From Bugula neritina (lineage: Eukaryota > Animalia > Bryozoa): a DNA stretch of 64,000 bases. Positions 14,101 to 27,200 of the stretch are shown one piece after another (position 1 is the first letter of the stretch; every line of letters starts with the position of its first letter). The DNA lies in the NCBI GenBank assembly GCA_964035545.1, contig OZ037772.1:6122889-6186888 (forward strand). Direction: 5' to 3'. The notes under the pieces were generated by a model. The model had not been told where the DNA came from, did no database searches, and was given only the letters and a program-made list of their open reading frames with translations. The position numbers and the translations under genes are program-made.

Positions 14101-17100
14101 GTAAGTGCAAATTTTTGACAAGCTGCTGAGTATTTGCCACCTTGGAAGCTAATATATCTTCTGAAAAACCTGTAAATATAGCCGTCACTTTTCACAATGC
14201 TTGATGCTTTAAACAACAACTAGGATTATAAAGTAATTAAGTACCTTAGAATTCTCTCAACTTTTCTTCTAATTCTCCATTGATAAGATTTTTCTCTTCA
14301 ATCAATTCGATGCACTTTCTAACTTTCACTTTTAATCTTTTCTCCCTTTTCTTAACTTTATCAGCCTGCTTCTGTAAATGATCAACCCTCTCTTGCAAAA
14401 ACCGCACTTTACGTTTTAAATCCTCGGGAGTGGTACTGTAAGAATGATTCTGAAATACCAAGCCAGTTTAATAATTTTAAGTTATCAAGCCAGTAAAACA
14501 ATTTAAAAACTTTTAATTTTTGGACAGTTTTAAAAAAAATGCTAACTTTACACAAAATAACTTAAAACTTACCTACTAAAAGTCTAAATGGAATAGAAAC
14601 CAACTCTGCTGATCGAACAGCTCCTTCATGCAGTCTTCGAGTTTGGCCAGTGGTGTCAATATGCTGAGGATAAAAATGTTTGCTGCACAATTTTGCAGTT
14701 TCTGATAGTTCTTCTTAGCGTCTGAATACTTGCTACTATCCCTTCCACTTGCTGAAATCCTTCTTTTTGTTGGGAAATCTAAAATAAAAGATATGTTCTT
14801 TGGCGTTGTGAAACTGCGTGATAAGTGTGTTCAGAAGTGTCCATTGTTAGTAATGCTTACTATTAGTGACAGTTGAAAATTTAACAATGGCGGCAAACTG
14901 TCTAAAATGAAAATAATTCTTGAAAAGAGGCTTCAGGTGACAGGAAAAAATGAACAGGTCACGTAATATACTGCCCGGAAATCTTACTTCAAAGTGAAAC
15001 TAGCAATCCTTCAAGATGGCTGCTCTTCGAAGGCGGGTCGCATTATAAAGCTGCCGGATGTCCTTTCCAAGGTTATAGTTTCAGTTCAGTGGTTACCCAT
15101 ATATAGCATGCATGTATAAGCTGCAGTCAATTCAATATGCTTAGACTTGCACTGACAGGTACTGGCATGCGCTTGACATGTGATTTGATTATTTTAAAAT
15201 CTTAAAATGCAGAAAAGGTGGGTGGGTTCAAAATTTGTAATTGTGATTTAGGAGACGGACTGTTTGAGTAAGTCAATAATATCAACTAGTTGATTTAGAA
15301 AGATTCTATATAAAAAAATTCCTATATAGAATGGCCTGCAGCCATGCAACAATATGCATAGACATAAGCTATTATATGGTAATCAACTGAAAACAACAAC
15401 AACTACAAGTCTAGTGTCAGGTTCTATATATAGCATAGGCTGGTCATGCGCTTGACATGTGCTTGGCATGTACTTGACATGCAACTGACAAATGCTGACA
15501 TATGATTGACATGTTATATATTTATGACATACAGAAAGGACGCAGTATACCTTGTTCATGATGGGTTGAGAGTCTTCAGTAGTGATCTAAGTGATGTGAT
15601 GGTAGATGAACAAAGAAAGTGTAAGCAGGAGTTCATCGACAATGGATACAAACAATTTGAAAATTGGAGTAAGTGAAAAGCAATTAATAATACTTGTCAA
15701 TTAGTTTAGAGAAGAAGATATTTGTTCAACATTTAAAAAATAACATTTTTGATTTTCATGCAGCTTTCACTATTGTAATTCAACAACCCAACTTAAAAAG
15801 CTAAAGTGACCAGTTTATTAGGGACATTCAGTGTCATCTTGTCACAGTTGAAGTCCATGCTATAATGAAAAAATGACCTCCTAACTTATGTGCATGGCAC
15901 ATTTTCAAATATACGTGGATAATTTGCCCATATATCCTATTTCTTTTGGTTTCACATAGCTGAGTTAGTTTGATTTCCTGACTTCTTTTTAGATAACTGG
16001 CCTATTCTCAGATGGTTGACATAGTTTACCATAACTGAACTAATTTCACATAACCTTCCTAGTGTCAAACAGCTGACCTATTTTTAGATGAATTTCTTAA
16101 TTTTAAAAAAATTACATACAGTTTATTTTTAGGTATATTCCAAGCAAACATGATTGATATCGACACAGTGATTGATTCGCACAAAGATTTTCCTGCCCAG
16201 TATGACACAATTCTTTGTCTTGGAGCCATCATGTTTCTCTCCAGGTTAGCCAAGTGAACATTATAAGAAACTGACCTTTAAGGTTTTTAAATTATAGACA
16301 GACAGTTAATTTCAGGCTTTTTGAATGATTGATTGTTAATCAATTGCTTTCAATTTTTTTTTACAAAAAGGAACATTCAAGGCCAATAAATTAAATCAGA
16401 TAATATTAATTTTTACTGCTTAAAACAACTCATAGGATGTATTGCTAGTATTTTTTGTAAACAAATTGAACTTTAGGATTTATTGATTACGATCCTAATG
16501 GTCTCCGGTAAAAATGGCACATGTAAAAATTGCGCAGATAAAATGGCACAAGTGGAAAAGTAGGTAAAAACGGCACATTTTCAATTTTGGGGTTTGGGGT
16601 AAAGAGTTGAGGATTTAGGATGGAGTGGTTTAATTAGGTTTCAGAATGAGGATTTGAGTTTGGGATTTAGAACAATTCAACAGCAGTTGTGCGATTTCTA
16701 TACCTATACTTTTCCATTAGTGCCAGTTTTACCTAAAACCGAATTTAATATGAAACCCCTTATTATACGAGTATCTCTCAAATAATCCACACTATCACTG
16801 TGAAGTCTGCAACAACAAGATAGAACTATAATCAACAGTAAAATATTGTGTTTTAGCTGTGTTAAATGCAACTGTTTCTCTATAACTTGATATGCATGTG
16901 TTTGACTATACTAATTATACTTTATAAGCTTATGTTTGGTAGATTGACATTTAAAACCTTCACACCTTTTCAACATAAAATTTAAATTTTCTGTAGCTAT
17001 GAAGAACTTGAACAACTATTTTCAAAGCTTGCAAAACTACTCAGACCAGGGGGTGCGCTAGTGATGGATTATAGAAATTTGGAAACTATGGCAAGAACTG

Positions 17101-18457
17101 GAAAGCCAGTAAACGGAGGAGCAAATCCACTTACTTCAGTAGGAACAGTTTGTCATAAAACACAATTTTTTGCAAGCTCTTTTCAAATGCCAGAAGGCTT
17201 TTTACTAAATATTTGAAACATTGTGTCTTAGGTGGAGTACCATAAGATAGCAGGGGTTGTCCCGTTTTCCATATACGGCCCTGCGCCAGAACAAAACCCC
17301 ATAGCTGTGTTCTTAGCCTATGAGAAACCAGACGGGTGAGTAAACATACACACAAAGAGAATGAAGCTCTACATTACTATATTTAAAAAAATGTTCAACA
17401 GCCAAATATCTGAAAGGAACTTGTTTAATTGAAAGTTGCAAAAGTGCGTAAGCAATCAATGCAGAAATTATTCATTTTATATAGAAAAAATAATTAACTA
17501 CTGAGCACAGGCTATCAGTATTAAAATAAAAATTGTACGCTTCTAGTTCATTAAGTATAAACTCTAGATTCATCTCGCAGCTGTTTTAGCTTATTTGCTG
17601 ATCCCAGTTACATAACTGTGTTATTAGGAAGTTGCAGCCAATGAAAATATTCTATTGTGATACACAAATTATTGAATGTAAAATTTTAATTTAAATAAAA
17701 AAATTATATTTTAGTTTTGCTAAAAAGTTATTAGAAAAATAATTGTAATATTTTTGACAAAATACCGCAACCAGTTTTTGATTTTAAGAGTTGATTACTC
17801 TGAAAAAAATCTAAACAGGCTATTCTACATGCATGGAAGATAATTTTGAATTTTAGTGCATTTCAGTTTTATAGACACATGTCTAAACATGTCTAAACTT
17901 GTTCAAACATGCCTCAATTGCTTGAGCTTTATAATAATTAATTTTCCTTTAAAAACCTTCTCCTTTGTAAAATCATTTACAATTTTTTCACACACAAATT
18001 ATCGTTTGTCCTTTTCAAGTATATGCAGCATGTTTTGCTTTGCATGTGCAATTACTGTTATTCATTGCTTGCAACATTGATGCTGATTTCAATATCTTTG
18101 GTAATTCATTATTAGAATAGACTGTGAAAAATTTTGCCCACACTGAGACTTGAACCGCAGACCACCGGATTGAAAATAGGCACACTGACTATTGTACCAC
18201 GGGACTACAGGAAATTCAATACTACATAAACATGTAGAAACATAGATGTAAAACTTGTGTTTTACCTTCTGCGTTTTAGAAACAGCCTTTACATTACTTG
18301 TCCAATATTCACTAGAAAGGAGATAACGTCACTAGCTAAATCAACATTGGGTGAGAACTGCAAGATTCAGGTCTTCCATGACCTGAAAGATGAGTCAGAA
18401 TGTCCACTAGATCAAACGGCTATTGTGACATACGTCATGGAGAAACCTCTGGAATAA
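11182..18457 (+). CDS. Glycine N-methyltransferase-like class I SAM-dependent methyltransferase (divergent), 6 coding exons
   Basis: In-phase exons at 11182-11423, 15535-15668, 16133-16244, 16997-17138, 17232-17335 and 18280-18457. Motifs LLDVASGPG|KDAVYLVHDGLRVFSSDLSDVM...FENW|SIFQANM...YDTILCLG|...LLRPGGALVMDYRN parallel GNMT (VLDVACGTG/VDSIMLVEEGF.V.SVDASDKM/FDKW/IEEANW/FDAVICLG/VRPGGLLVIDHRN). The start codon choice is uncertain. Confidence 0.88.
12540..14800 (-). mobile_element. Decayed P-element/THAP9-like transposase in methyltransferase intron 1
   Basis: THAP-domain remnant (RFP...W...KLCSKHF...RLHEGAV, about 14600-14790), NHSY plus coiled coil (14246-14461), YS...KFALTLHFYSP, DCKPG, EANEVLIFLLIGLKG..KAPVSYF, IRWDYI, NKIT...NKIKV and IDRLFDLLNS...KGYKQPL. 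Multiple stops and frameshifts; no TIRs identified. Confidence 0.88.
15441..15513. repeat. 10-bp tandem repeat (gcttgacatg-like)
   Basis: About 7 degenerate copies immediately before exon 2; a related copy lies at about 15165-15180. Confidence 0.7.
16507..16733. mobile_element. MITE-like element with repeated subterminal motifs and a telomere-like core
   Basis: Left arm ggtaaaaatggcac...ggaaaagtaggtaaaaacggcaca versus right arm tgtgcgatttctatacctatacttttcc...gtgccagttttacc. The core is degenerate (TT(T/A)GGG)-like. Confidence 0.65.
18136..18204 (-). mobile_element. tRNA-derived SINE head (family 2)
   Basis: Reverse complement tcccgtggtacaatagtcagtgtgcc...ggttcaagtctcagtgtgggc has A-box and B-box-like motifs, poorly paired stems and a following aaaatttttca as at 40959. 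Confidence 0.6.
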
Positions 18458-19138
18458 TCAATTTAACAACCATACCATTTGCGTGCTAAGAATTGGTTTT
18501 TAAAACCTCTTGCAATAAAATTGGTTTCTATCTTGTTGTAATTTGGTTATTCCTTTTCATGAACGAATTTTGAACAAGCAAAAATCAATTTTCAGGCTTT
18601 GATGTATTTGATGAGTAAATTCTAGTTTATTGACTAAACATTTTAAACAATTTATTTTCATTTAAGTCATGTTGTGACAGTAACTAATTGCACAAACTGA
18701 TTAATTAGGCATCTTGTTTATGCAAATTTTCAAACTTGAAGTTATAACATTTATTGGTATTGCAATTCATCAAAGTTTTGTATATTACAGTTGATTTACG
18801 CATAAAAGAGAGGATAGCTTCAAATTCTTTTGAAATAGCCGATGCATATTTTCAAACACAAATTTGCTACATAGCTATTACTTTTACATTAAAATTCAAA
18901 ATATTATAAGTGGTTTAAGCATATGAGAGGATAACTTCAAACTCATTGAAAATACTATTGAAATGAAAATTGTAATTACTGCAAATGAAGCAATATATTA
19001 TTATATCACAAAATTATTTCAACCAAACTTATTTCTTGAACTGCTTCTTTCTACCACAACAGAGCAGTGTTGTGCAATTTCGACGTAATTTCTCTAATCT
19101 TTATCTGAGGCTTGTCAAATCAATTCTACATTGCATGT

Positions 19139-19260
<122 letters not shown>

Positions 19261-19469
19261 AGTATAGCTTAGGCTTTCTTTTACTAGAATAGACAAAAGG
19301 ACATGGCAGAAAAAAATAAGAACATCTAGAAATGGCGATCAAAGTACTTATGGGAGATATATTTATTAATCAATTTCTTTATGAAAAGCTGTATACAGTT
19401 ATATGTACTTATATTAGAAAATAAAATATATTGGTAATGGTGACACAACATCTCAAGAATGACCATTTG

Positions 19470-19845
19470 AAAACACTTATTTGGAAAGCGGACAAATCAC
19501 CAATTAATAGACAACTCACATATAGACAATTAGAAAACGGAAAAGTAAAAAATTAATATTTGGAAATTGAAAACTATTCAACAGTATAGCCTATTAGAGT
19601 CCGGAGGAGGCGTTCAGAATTTCTGGTAGAGTCCAAAACAGTTTTAAAAATAAATAGAAGTTTGCCATCTTAGTTAAGCTATAATGGCAGTAAAATTAGT
19701 TACCGGATAGTTCCAATTTAAAATTGTATTTTTAATTCAACCAGATGCTATAAAATGACTCTCTGGATTAGCCCATGTTGAATATTTTTCATTTTTCAAT
19801 TGTCTATTTGCAAGTTGTCTATTTTCCAAATAGGTATTTTCCAAT
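19470..19845. mobile_element. Degenerate MITE-like inverted repeat
   Basis: cttatttggaaa...atagacaactcacatatagacaattagaaaa versus tttttcaattgtctatttgcaagttgtctattttccaaataggt. Confidence 0.5.
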
Positions 19846-21034
19846 TATCATTTTCGAAAATTCAATTCCAGGTTCATTGACAACTTTATACAGCTTTTTA
19901 TTTATAATTGTTGATTTGCCTTTGCGGCAACATAAAAGTAAAGTAGGCATAAAACTGCAGCTAGTCTGCTTTTTCAAAAGATTATTTTTGCAAATGGTGA
20001 AAAAATTCACACTATTAATAATTTCACATAAAGGTAGTAGACATATATGAAGTTTAGGTATAAACTTAACTCAACAATTGCAGCAGTAAAATATTAAATA
20101 TTATGCGGCAAAAATTGAGGCATGTAGTTGGGTAAAGTTTTAGCATTACTAATTAACATTACCACCCAACAACAAAATATTTTTAGCATAAATTTGTTAT
20201 TATAACATTAGTCATGTCTATCAGAAAGAATGTAATGTCAGTGAAATAATCAAGAAAACTCTAATTAAATCAGAATCATCGTTTTAAAAAACAAACAGCA
20301 AAAGTTTTGAATTATACTATTTCGACATTGTATTGTTGTACTTGCAGAATTGAAAAATGTTCACTGAAATGTTAATAGTGTTCACTCTACATCTCACAGA
20401 TCTATGTCTCATAAAATACACACAAAATGGGTCTGGACTCCTAGACAACCCTGGACTTGCTGTGTGGCATATGTATATGTATAATGTATAGGGAGAAAAT
20501 GTCTGAATTCAATGACCTAGATCTGGTATTCTCCTATGTCTTGAGTTGAGGTTTCAAGACCTGTGCGGCTTAGTGAGATGCGGAAGAACATGCTGCAATA
20601 CATAAAGCTCATCTCTTTTTTAGTTTATCACATAATAAATAACATAAATAAATAACATAAGTTAATTTTTGCCTGTGCGTGATGTTATCATGAATTCTAA
20701 AAAAATAATTATATTCATGAAAGTGTTGGTTTCAAGTTTTAGAGCCTTAAACAAAGGGTTTTACATTAGTTTGCTATACTTGTCCTAAAAAAATACGCTA
20801 TATATATAGCATTACAAATTGCATTGTAAATATGCTTTAGTAGACTATTAGAAGGTGTTGATATAGCATGCACTTGCTGGATATAATACTGATATTTATA
20901 CAGCTATCTTAGTTGACTATGGTACTGATAAGATAAAATGAACTCTTCATATACACATCGCCTACTCACATATTTTCAAACACTCGCTCGGATATAATAG
21001 TAGGCAGGTTTTTACCATTTTAAACTGCATGGCG

Positions 21035-24000
21035 TTAGTTGCTAATAAGAGGTTCAACAGTTTCTAGTCCGTGAATTTCCACCTCATAAATATTAAGTTG
21101 CTGATTTACTTCAACAGCTGTTACTCTCACATATCTACCATACATTCTAGTATGGCATGTAACCAGAAAGATATCTGCTGGTGGTTGTCCAGAAAGGTAG
21201 TTACAGATCTCATCTTTTGGTGGATCATCAAAGTTAGTGTCAGTCTCACCAACTGTTACTCTCACATTGGCCAGTCTGTCCTTGACAGCTATAAAATTAT
21301 AATAAGTTGACAGAGCAAGATGTCAATAAAGAACTCAAAGATTCCGTGTAAAATGCTGTGCTTTTGTTTATTTAAAAGGTATACCATAAGCGTTGCAAAA
21401 AAATAGATAGCAACATAACACAAGAAATATTAAGGAGCAGCCGTGGTCTATGGATTAGAGCGCTTGCTTTGTGAACACAAAGTCATAGATTCAAACTGTG
21501 ACAAAAGTCGTTGGTGAATTTAGAAAAAGCATCCAGTCATAATTTCAGTTGTGCCACATCTGAACGAGTCTTCATATAGCTCGTTCTAACAAAAACCCTT
21601 TCCATCAAAGGTTTCTCAAAGAGATAGTGACTCTAAACTTGTGTAAGTTTTTATAACACTAAAATTATCACATATATAATATTTGGACACAAGCAGATAA
21701 TACAACAGCGGACCAAATACATTAACTGACTCACCTTGATTCCTGCACTCAGATCTGTCACAGATCTTGACACCTTCGACAAAGTGGTTTATGGCCAGAT
21801 CCACTTGTATCCATGGAGACAACTCTTTTAACGTGTTTGCTAAGCTCTCAGTTTCTCTTAAGCCAGACTCAGATGGAAGATAAATCCCATCAATAACTTT
21901 GATTCCGGATAAGTCTGAACAATATACGCTGCTCATAGTAATAATTGTATCTGAAATTTAAGGAATAGTAAACCTTCAATTAATTTTTGATTATCAAATA
22001 ATTTTAAAATGAGAAATTACAAATTATTTAAAAAAAAACTTTTTGGGTATATACAGACAACAAATCAAAGAAAATTATTATTATATGTAAAAAGATTGCA
22101 AACCTTAGAATAACCTGAAACAAGTAAAATGTCTTTACCTTGAGCAAGACTGGTAGAGAAGGCAAAGACTACCAACTCTTCAGAGTATATATTCTTCACA
22201 AGACAGTCTGTACCAGTCTGGTCACTGTAGGCCAACACATTTGGCTTATCAGACAGGAAACAGGTTGATGCATTCTTGTCATATGACACAGCAACACATG
22301 ATTGGTTACAGGAGCAGAGAGACAAGCATGATTGGAGACTGGATCTCCTACTCTGATGGTAGTATGAGAGCACATCAGAAAATGTCTGATCTAAACAGAA
22401 TAATTCATTAATAATTTGCAAAACAAAAGATATAGCAGTCGACAATAACATTTGGGAGCAGCCTTAGTTTAGAAGTTAGAGCATTGGCTTAGTAATTCTA
22501 AAGTCTTAAATTCGATCTCCAGTAAAGACCATTGCTGTTTTAAAAAATAAAATTCAGCCATAATTTTTTCTGTTCTACATATGAGTAAGTACTTAGCCGG
22601 CTTACAAAACCTGTTCCACGCATCAAATGTTCTAACAGAAATTGTAACTATAAATTTTGAAGTGTGAATTACATTCTAGATTAAAAATTTTAAGAGACAA
22701 ACTATGTGGTGACTAAACAAAATGTTAAATAGTTTTACTCAAACTTGTCAAAAGCATTTTGATTGTGCACAGCTAGGATTACTTTCTAATACAGCATGAC
22801 TCTCTTGATGGCTATTTAATGCACATTACAACTTTGATATGTCTCCAAAACCAGAATCTGCATAAAACTGAAAGTTGAGCGCCTAAGCCAAGGAAACTTT
22901 TACTTGAGTCACCGAGTCTTCTTTTACCATTTTTAAATGAGTTTTCTAATTGACAAACAGAAAAATTTGAAAGAATTCTACAATGCCGCAAAAAGATTAA
23001 ACAAATTACGGTTACAATAATTATGATAGCATATTATGTGTATAACAAAAACCAAGTGTTGGCTGCAGTAATAGCTATAAATTGATTTAGGTACTTACTA
23101 ATCATAGGAGATTGTTTCATAAAGTAAACCATCTCTTCCAAGTTTCCTTCTTCCAGCTCTACTAAAGGTTCATTGAATAGCCTACATGTTCTGTTTGTTG
23201 ATTCAAAAACACCAGACTGACACTGACTGTGGAGATCACTGCATTGAGTCATACATTCTAGAGTAGAGCGAGCTGAAATAAAAATGCGGAAGCTCATAAA
23301 TATGTTTCATTTAGGGAAACATCAAAAATACATTATCATATATCATATCGTATACAAAGCCTCTGTATGTTAGAGTAATTGTAATCTCTGTATAATGAAT
23401 GACTCCCAATTCACATGAATTATGTATAAATAACTGCTCTAAAGTCACCTGGGAATAGGCACAATTTGAGATCATTTCAACTGAGCTATTCAAATGAGCA
23501 TGATGATGTTATCTGCATGCAACTTACATATATATCTGAACAATTCAAATATATAATATATCTACAGATATAGTATTATATAATCCATTATTAGTTTGCA
23601 TTCACTCATTATGTATATTATTATACCAATAGAGGTGTGTAGAGTCAGCTTATGAATTTTATGATTTTATAAAAACAAATTGAAAAAGGAAGCAACGATT
23701 TGCAATAATATATATTTCATTACTTTTTGCTGCTTAAAATAATTAAAAGTTATCAAACATATTATTGAATTGGATAAGTAAACAACAGTTTACTATAATG
23801 TGCTAAACGAAACCTATTTAAATCTTTGCTTAAATGAAAATGTATATTGCTTTTGTTTTCAACACTGAGACTAATTTGTGTTATTAATGCTGCGTTTTCA
23901 TACATTGTGTCTTTTACTTTGGGAATTGGTTTCTATTGATTGACTTAGTTATTTATTACATATCACAAACATCAAAGCACGTTGCGAAATCAAGTTTAAA

Positions 24001-24424
24001 TACTGGCCATAATAAGTAGACATGAACAAAATTAGAGAAAAAAAAAGAAAAAATTCAGAACTCCGTTACATTATTTAAAATAACAGATAATTTGAAATAT
24101 TTACACTATTTTTGCCCCATGAGATGACTCATACACTATTTGATTATAAAACACAATATCCTATATTAGTTATAATAACTTTTTTCACAAACTACTATAA
24201 AATACGTAGAGTAGCAAAATAAATAATGCAATCACTTTTAAGTTCCATTAGGTCAACAAAATTATGGAAAACTTACCATGTTCAGACTTCTGGAGATGTT
24301 GAGATTCTGAACTGCTGTGCGCTGATGTCTTCTTTGTACAATAAAAGTCTTCAACAGAATCTGTCAAAGCAAAAAGCTGTAAATATTGAGATGCAAACAG
24401 CATGTATATCAAGAGTAGCTTCAT
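21035..24424 (-). CDS. Secreted PAN/apple x2 + F-type lectin domain protein, copy A
   Basis: Exons 24424-24277 (MKLLLIYMLF signal), 23272-23099 (STLECMTQC..CQSGVF....TCRLF, PAN1), 22390-22139 (SCLSLCSCNQSCVAVSY....TCFLS, PAN2), 21950-21735 (VIDG...SPWIQVDL...VKICDR) and 21288-21035 (RLAN...GRYVRV...NIYEVEIHG). All junctions are phase 1 and the frame is open. Confidence 0.88.
21434..21650 (+). mobile_element. tRNA-derived SINE (family 1)
   Basis: ggagcagccgtggtctatggattagagcg...gcatccagtcataatt...ctttccatca...; homologous to the copies at 22454, 34674 and 37547. Confidence 0.85.
22454..22655 (+). mobile_element. tRNA-derived SINE (family 1), diverged
   Basis: gggagcagccttagtttagaagttagagc...ttcgatctcc...cagccataatt; colinear with the other copies. 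Confidence 0.7.
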
Positions 24425-25030
24425 GTTGAAAATAACATTCATAGAAGCTGAACAAATTGAAGCAAGTGCTTTTAGAAAACAATGCGTTACACTTGCTTGC
24501 AATACACTCTGTGCTCTAAAAATAAAATTCAATCTCTGCCAAATGGGTTCATGATATTTTTATAAGTTTACATAATTAATTAATATTTCATAAATAATGC
24601 TTCAAGGTACACTATATACATTATAGGGATGGTGCACTAGAATTGTTATATTTTTAATAACCCAATTGAGTACAAGTTATATAAAATTCAACGATGTTGC
24701 AATTAGTTTTACAAATAGTTAATCATTTTATGCAATGAGCCCATTATATAATGATGAAGCCAACAGCACACAGATCACAATAGCTTGACCTCTATAATAT
24801 TACGCTTACAATCATTGTAGTGCTGAGGATAATAGTTACCTGGAATAACTATTATCCATAAGTCTATAGGGTGACACAGTCTAAGCTACTGTCTGTAGCT
24901 CATTGAATCACGCAGCCAGTCGTAAATGAATGATTGTTGGCTCTTCAGCTGTTTGTGTTTCACAAGCAGTACACAATTTTCTGATGAAAGGCTATAGCGT
25001 GTGTATATTCTGCTTAAGGCAAAAAGCGTC

Positions 25031-25122
25031 CACACTCAAGCACTTTCAAGCACACTCAAGCACACTCAAGCACACTCAAGCCCACTCAAGCACACTCGAA
25101 TGCACTTAAGCACACTTAAACA
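25031..25122. repeat. 10-bp tandem repeat (cacactcaag)
   Basis: About 9 copies directly visible. Confidence 0.9.
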
Positions 25123-25435
25123 CGCTCATAAACGCACACAGATATGTTGAAATAACAAAAACTGAATATCGAGTAACTTGGATTTATTGCTGGGAAGTCC
25201 GTAAACTAAAAGTTACAACACAATTAAATTATAGGCTGAAAACTCTTGCAGAACACATAAAATCTAACAAATTTTTAAATGTAATACAGATGTTAAACTT
25301 TTTTGAAACGAGTATGTAGATATAAAATTATATAAAATTTTTTTCTTTTATTGATTTTTTAAGTGCAGATAAAAAGCAAACTAGTTTAGAATTGTGTTAA
25401 TTTGTCACAGCGATGCTTATATTGGTTTAAATGAA

Positions 25436-26208
25436 TTAATGAATTTCCAACTCAAAAATATTAAAATGGTCATTCACTTCAGCAGCTGTTACTCTTACAT
25501 ATCTACCATACATTCTAGTATGACATGTAATTAGAAATATATCTGCAGGTGGTTGTCCAGGAAAGTAGTCACAGATCTCATTTTCTGGTGGATTATCAAA
25601 GTTGGTGTCAGTTTCACCAACTACTACTCTCACATTAGCTAGTCGATCATTTTAATCTATAAATTTGAAAACTAGTTTTGTATTGACTTGAATTTATTAT
25701 CGGGAAGTTGAAAATATTAGTTTGATTTTAACATTATAAGATTATAATCTGACAAACAATTAAGAAGATGAAAACTAAACTAAGTAAATGCAACTGTACA
25801 TAATAATCTTTCTATGGTAACGAGTGAGTTAGCACTTCATTGAAACAGTATCTAACAAGACTAACCATCAATACTTTCAGACCTGTCCCAGATCTTGACA
25901 CCTTCAACAAAATGGCTGGTTGCCAAATCTACTTGTATTCATGGAGACAGTTCTTTTTCGCTGTGCACTGCATTTGAACCTCCGTACGACTAATTAGTGT
26001 ACAGTAACAAAATTCGAGCAGCAGAATCGAATTGTTTACCTTGCCCAGACTGGAATTTACCATGTTTAGACTCCTGAGGCTGGGAATCTGAACTGTTGTA
26101 TCCAGAAATCTGCTTTGTGCAATAATATTTTTCAGCAGAATTACTCGTCAAAGCAAAAACTGATACACATTGTGACATCAACAACATTTACACTAAGAGT
26201 AGCTCCAT
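25436..26208 (-). pseudogene. PAN-FTLD copy B pseudogene (internally deleted)
   Basis: Exon 1 is near-identical to copy C but codon 7 is TAA (TAC in C). PAN exons 2-3 are absent. The exon 4 remnant (about 25866-25970) has W>TGA, and the last exon ends EIH-stop. Confidence 0.85.
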
Positions 26209-27200
26209 GTTTGAAATAACAACTTTATTTGTGGAAAACATTTGAACAACTATTTGCTCGTAGAATTGCTATTCGTAAACATTTATTATATTAAGTTTAA
26301 TTAATAATACCTTGCAATATCACAGTTCTTATACAAATCCCAGACAACCTTAATTGTCATTATTATAATTTATAAGTTAGCACTATAGTTGTATTATTGA
26401 TTCATGTAATTGCACTATAGCTTTTATTGTTTTATTTATTTCGTGTCTTATTACACTCAATGCAGTTGTAAATTGTGCGTGATTGTGACATTTATAGTTT
26501 CTGGAGTCAAACTATAATATCTTTGGCTCTTATTTAGTTAGATAAATCTTTAACATGATTCATAGTTAAAAAAATTATTGAAAAGAAATTACAACATTTT
26601 ATCAAAAATAAAAAAACCCGATATGACTTTAATTGTGTTTTTTTTTCAACCTCTCACTTTTGTACTTGGTAAAATGCTTTGTAAAAACATTCACTGAACA
26701 AACAAGGAAATATAATTAATAATTTCAATGACTTCTAATTTAGCAATTTTTGCACATGGAGAAAATATCATAGTTAACATATTATTAACTTCTGTCTGCA
26801 ACCAGCTGTGAGTGAAATGATCATACTCTTGTTTAGTTATTCTATTGATGTCTATTTAATTAGTGACTATAATTGGATTAGTTATTATCTGCAAGTTATT
26901 TTAATCAAGTACTAAAATTTGTCAAACAGGAAGTGACTATATTTTTTAAAAGCGGTATCTAAATTGAACAGCTACAATTTAAGAAAGGGGGTCTCCAAGT
27001 TAACATAATATTATCAAGATTAACATAAGTTTTGTAAATCTTACAACATAAACTGCACACTTGATGAATCTAATATTATTAATTATACAACTATTGTAGT
27101 CAACAGAGTTACTGATAATATTTACAACACTGCACATGCTCACATCTTACGCATAAATGTTTTATTAAGCCAGTTTTTAGACAATTGAAATGTTGTCACA

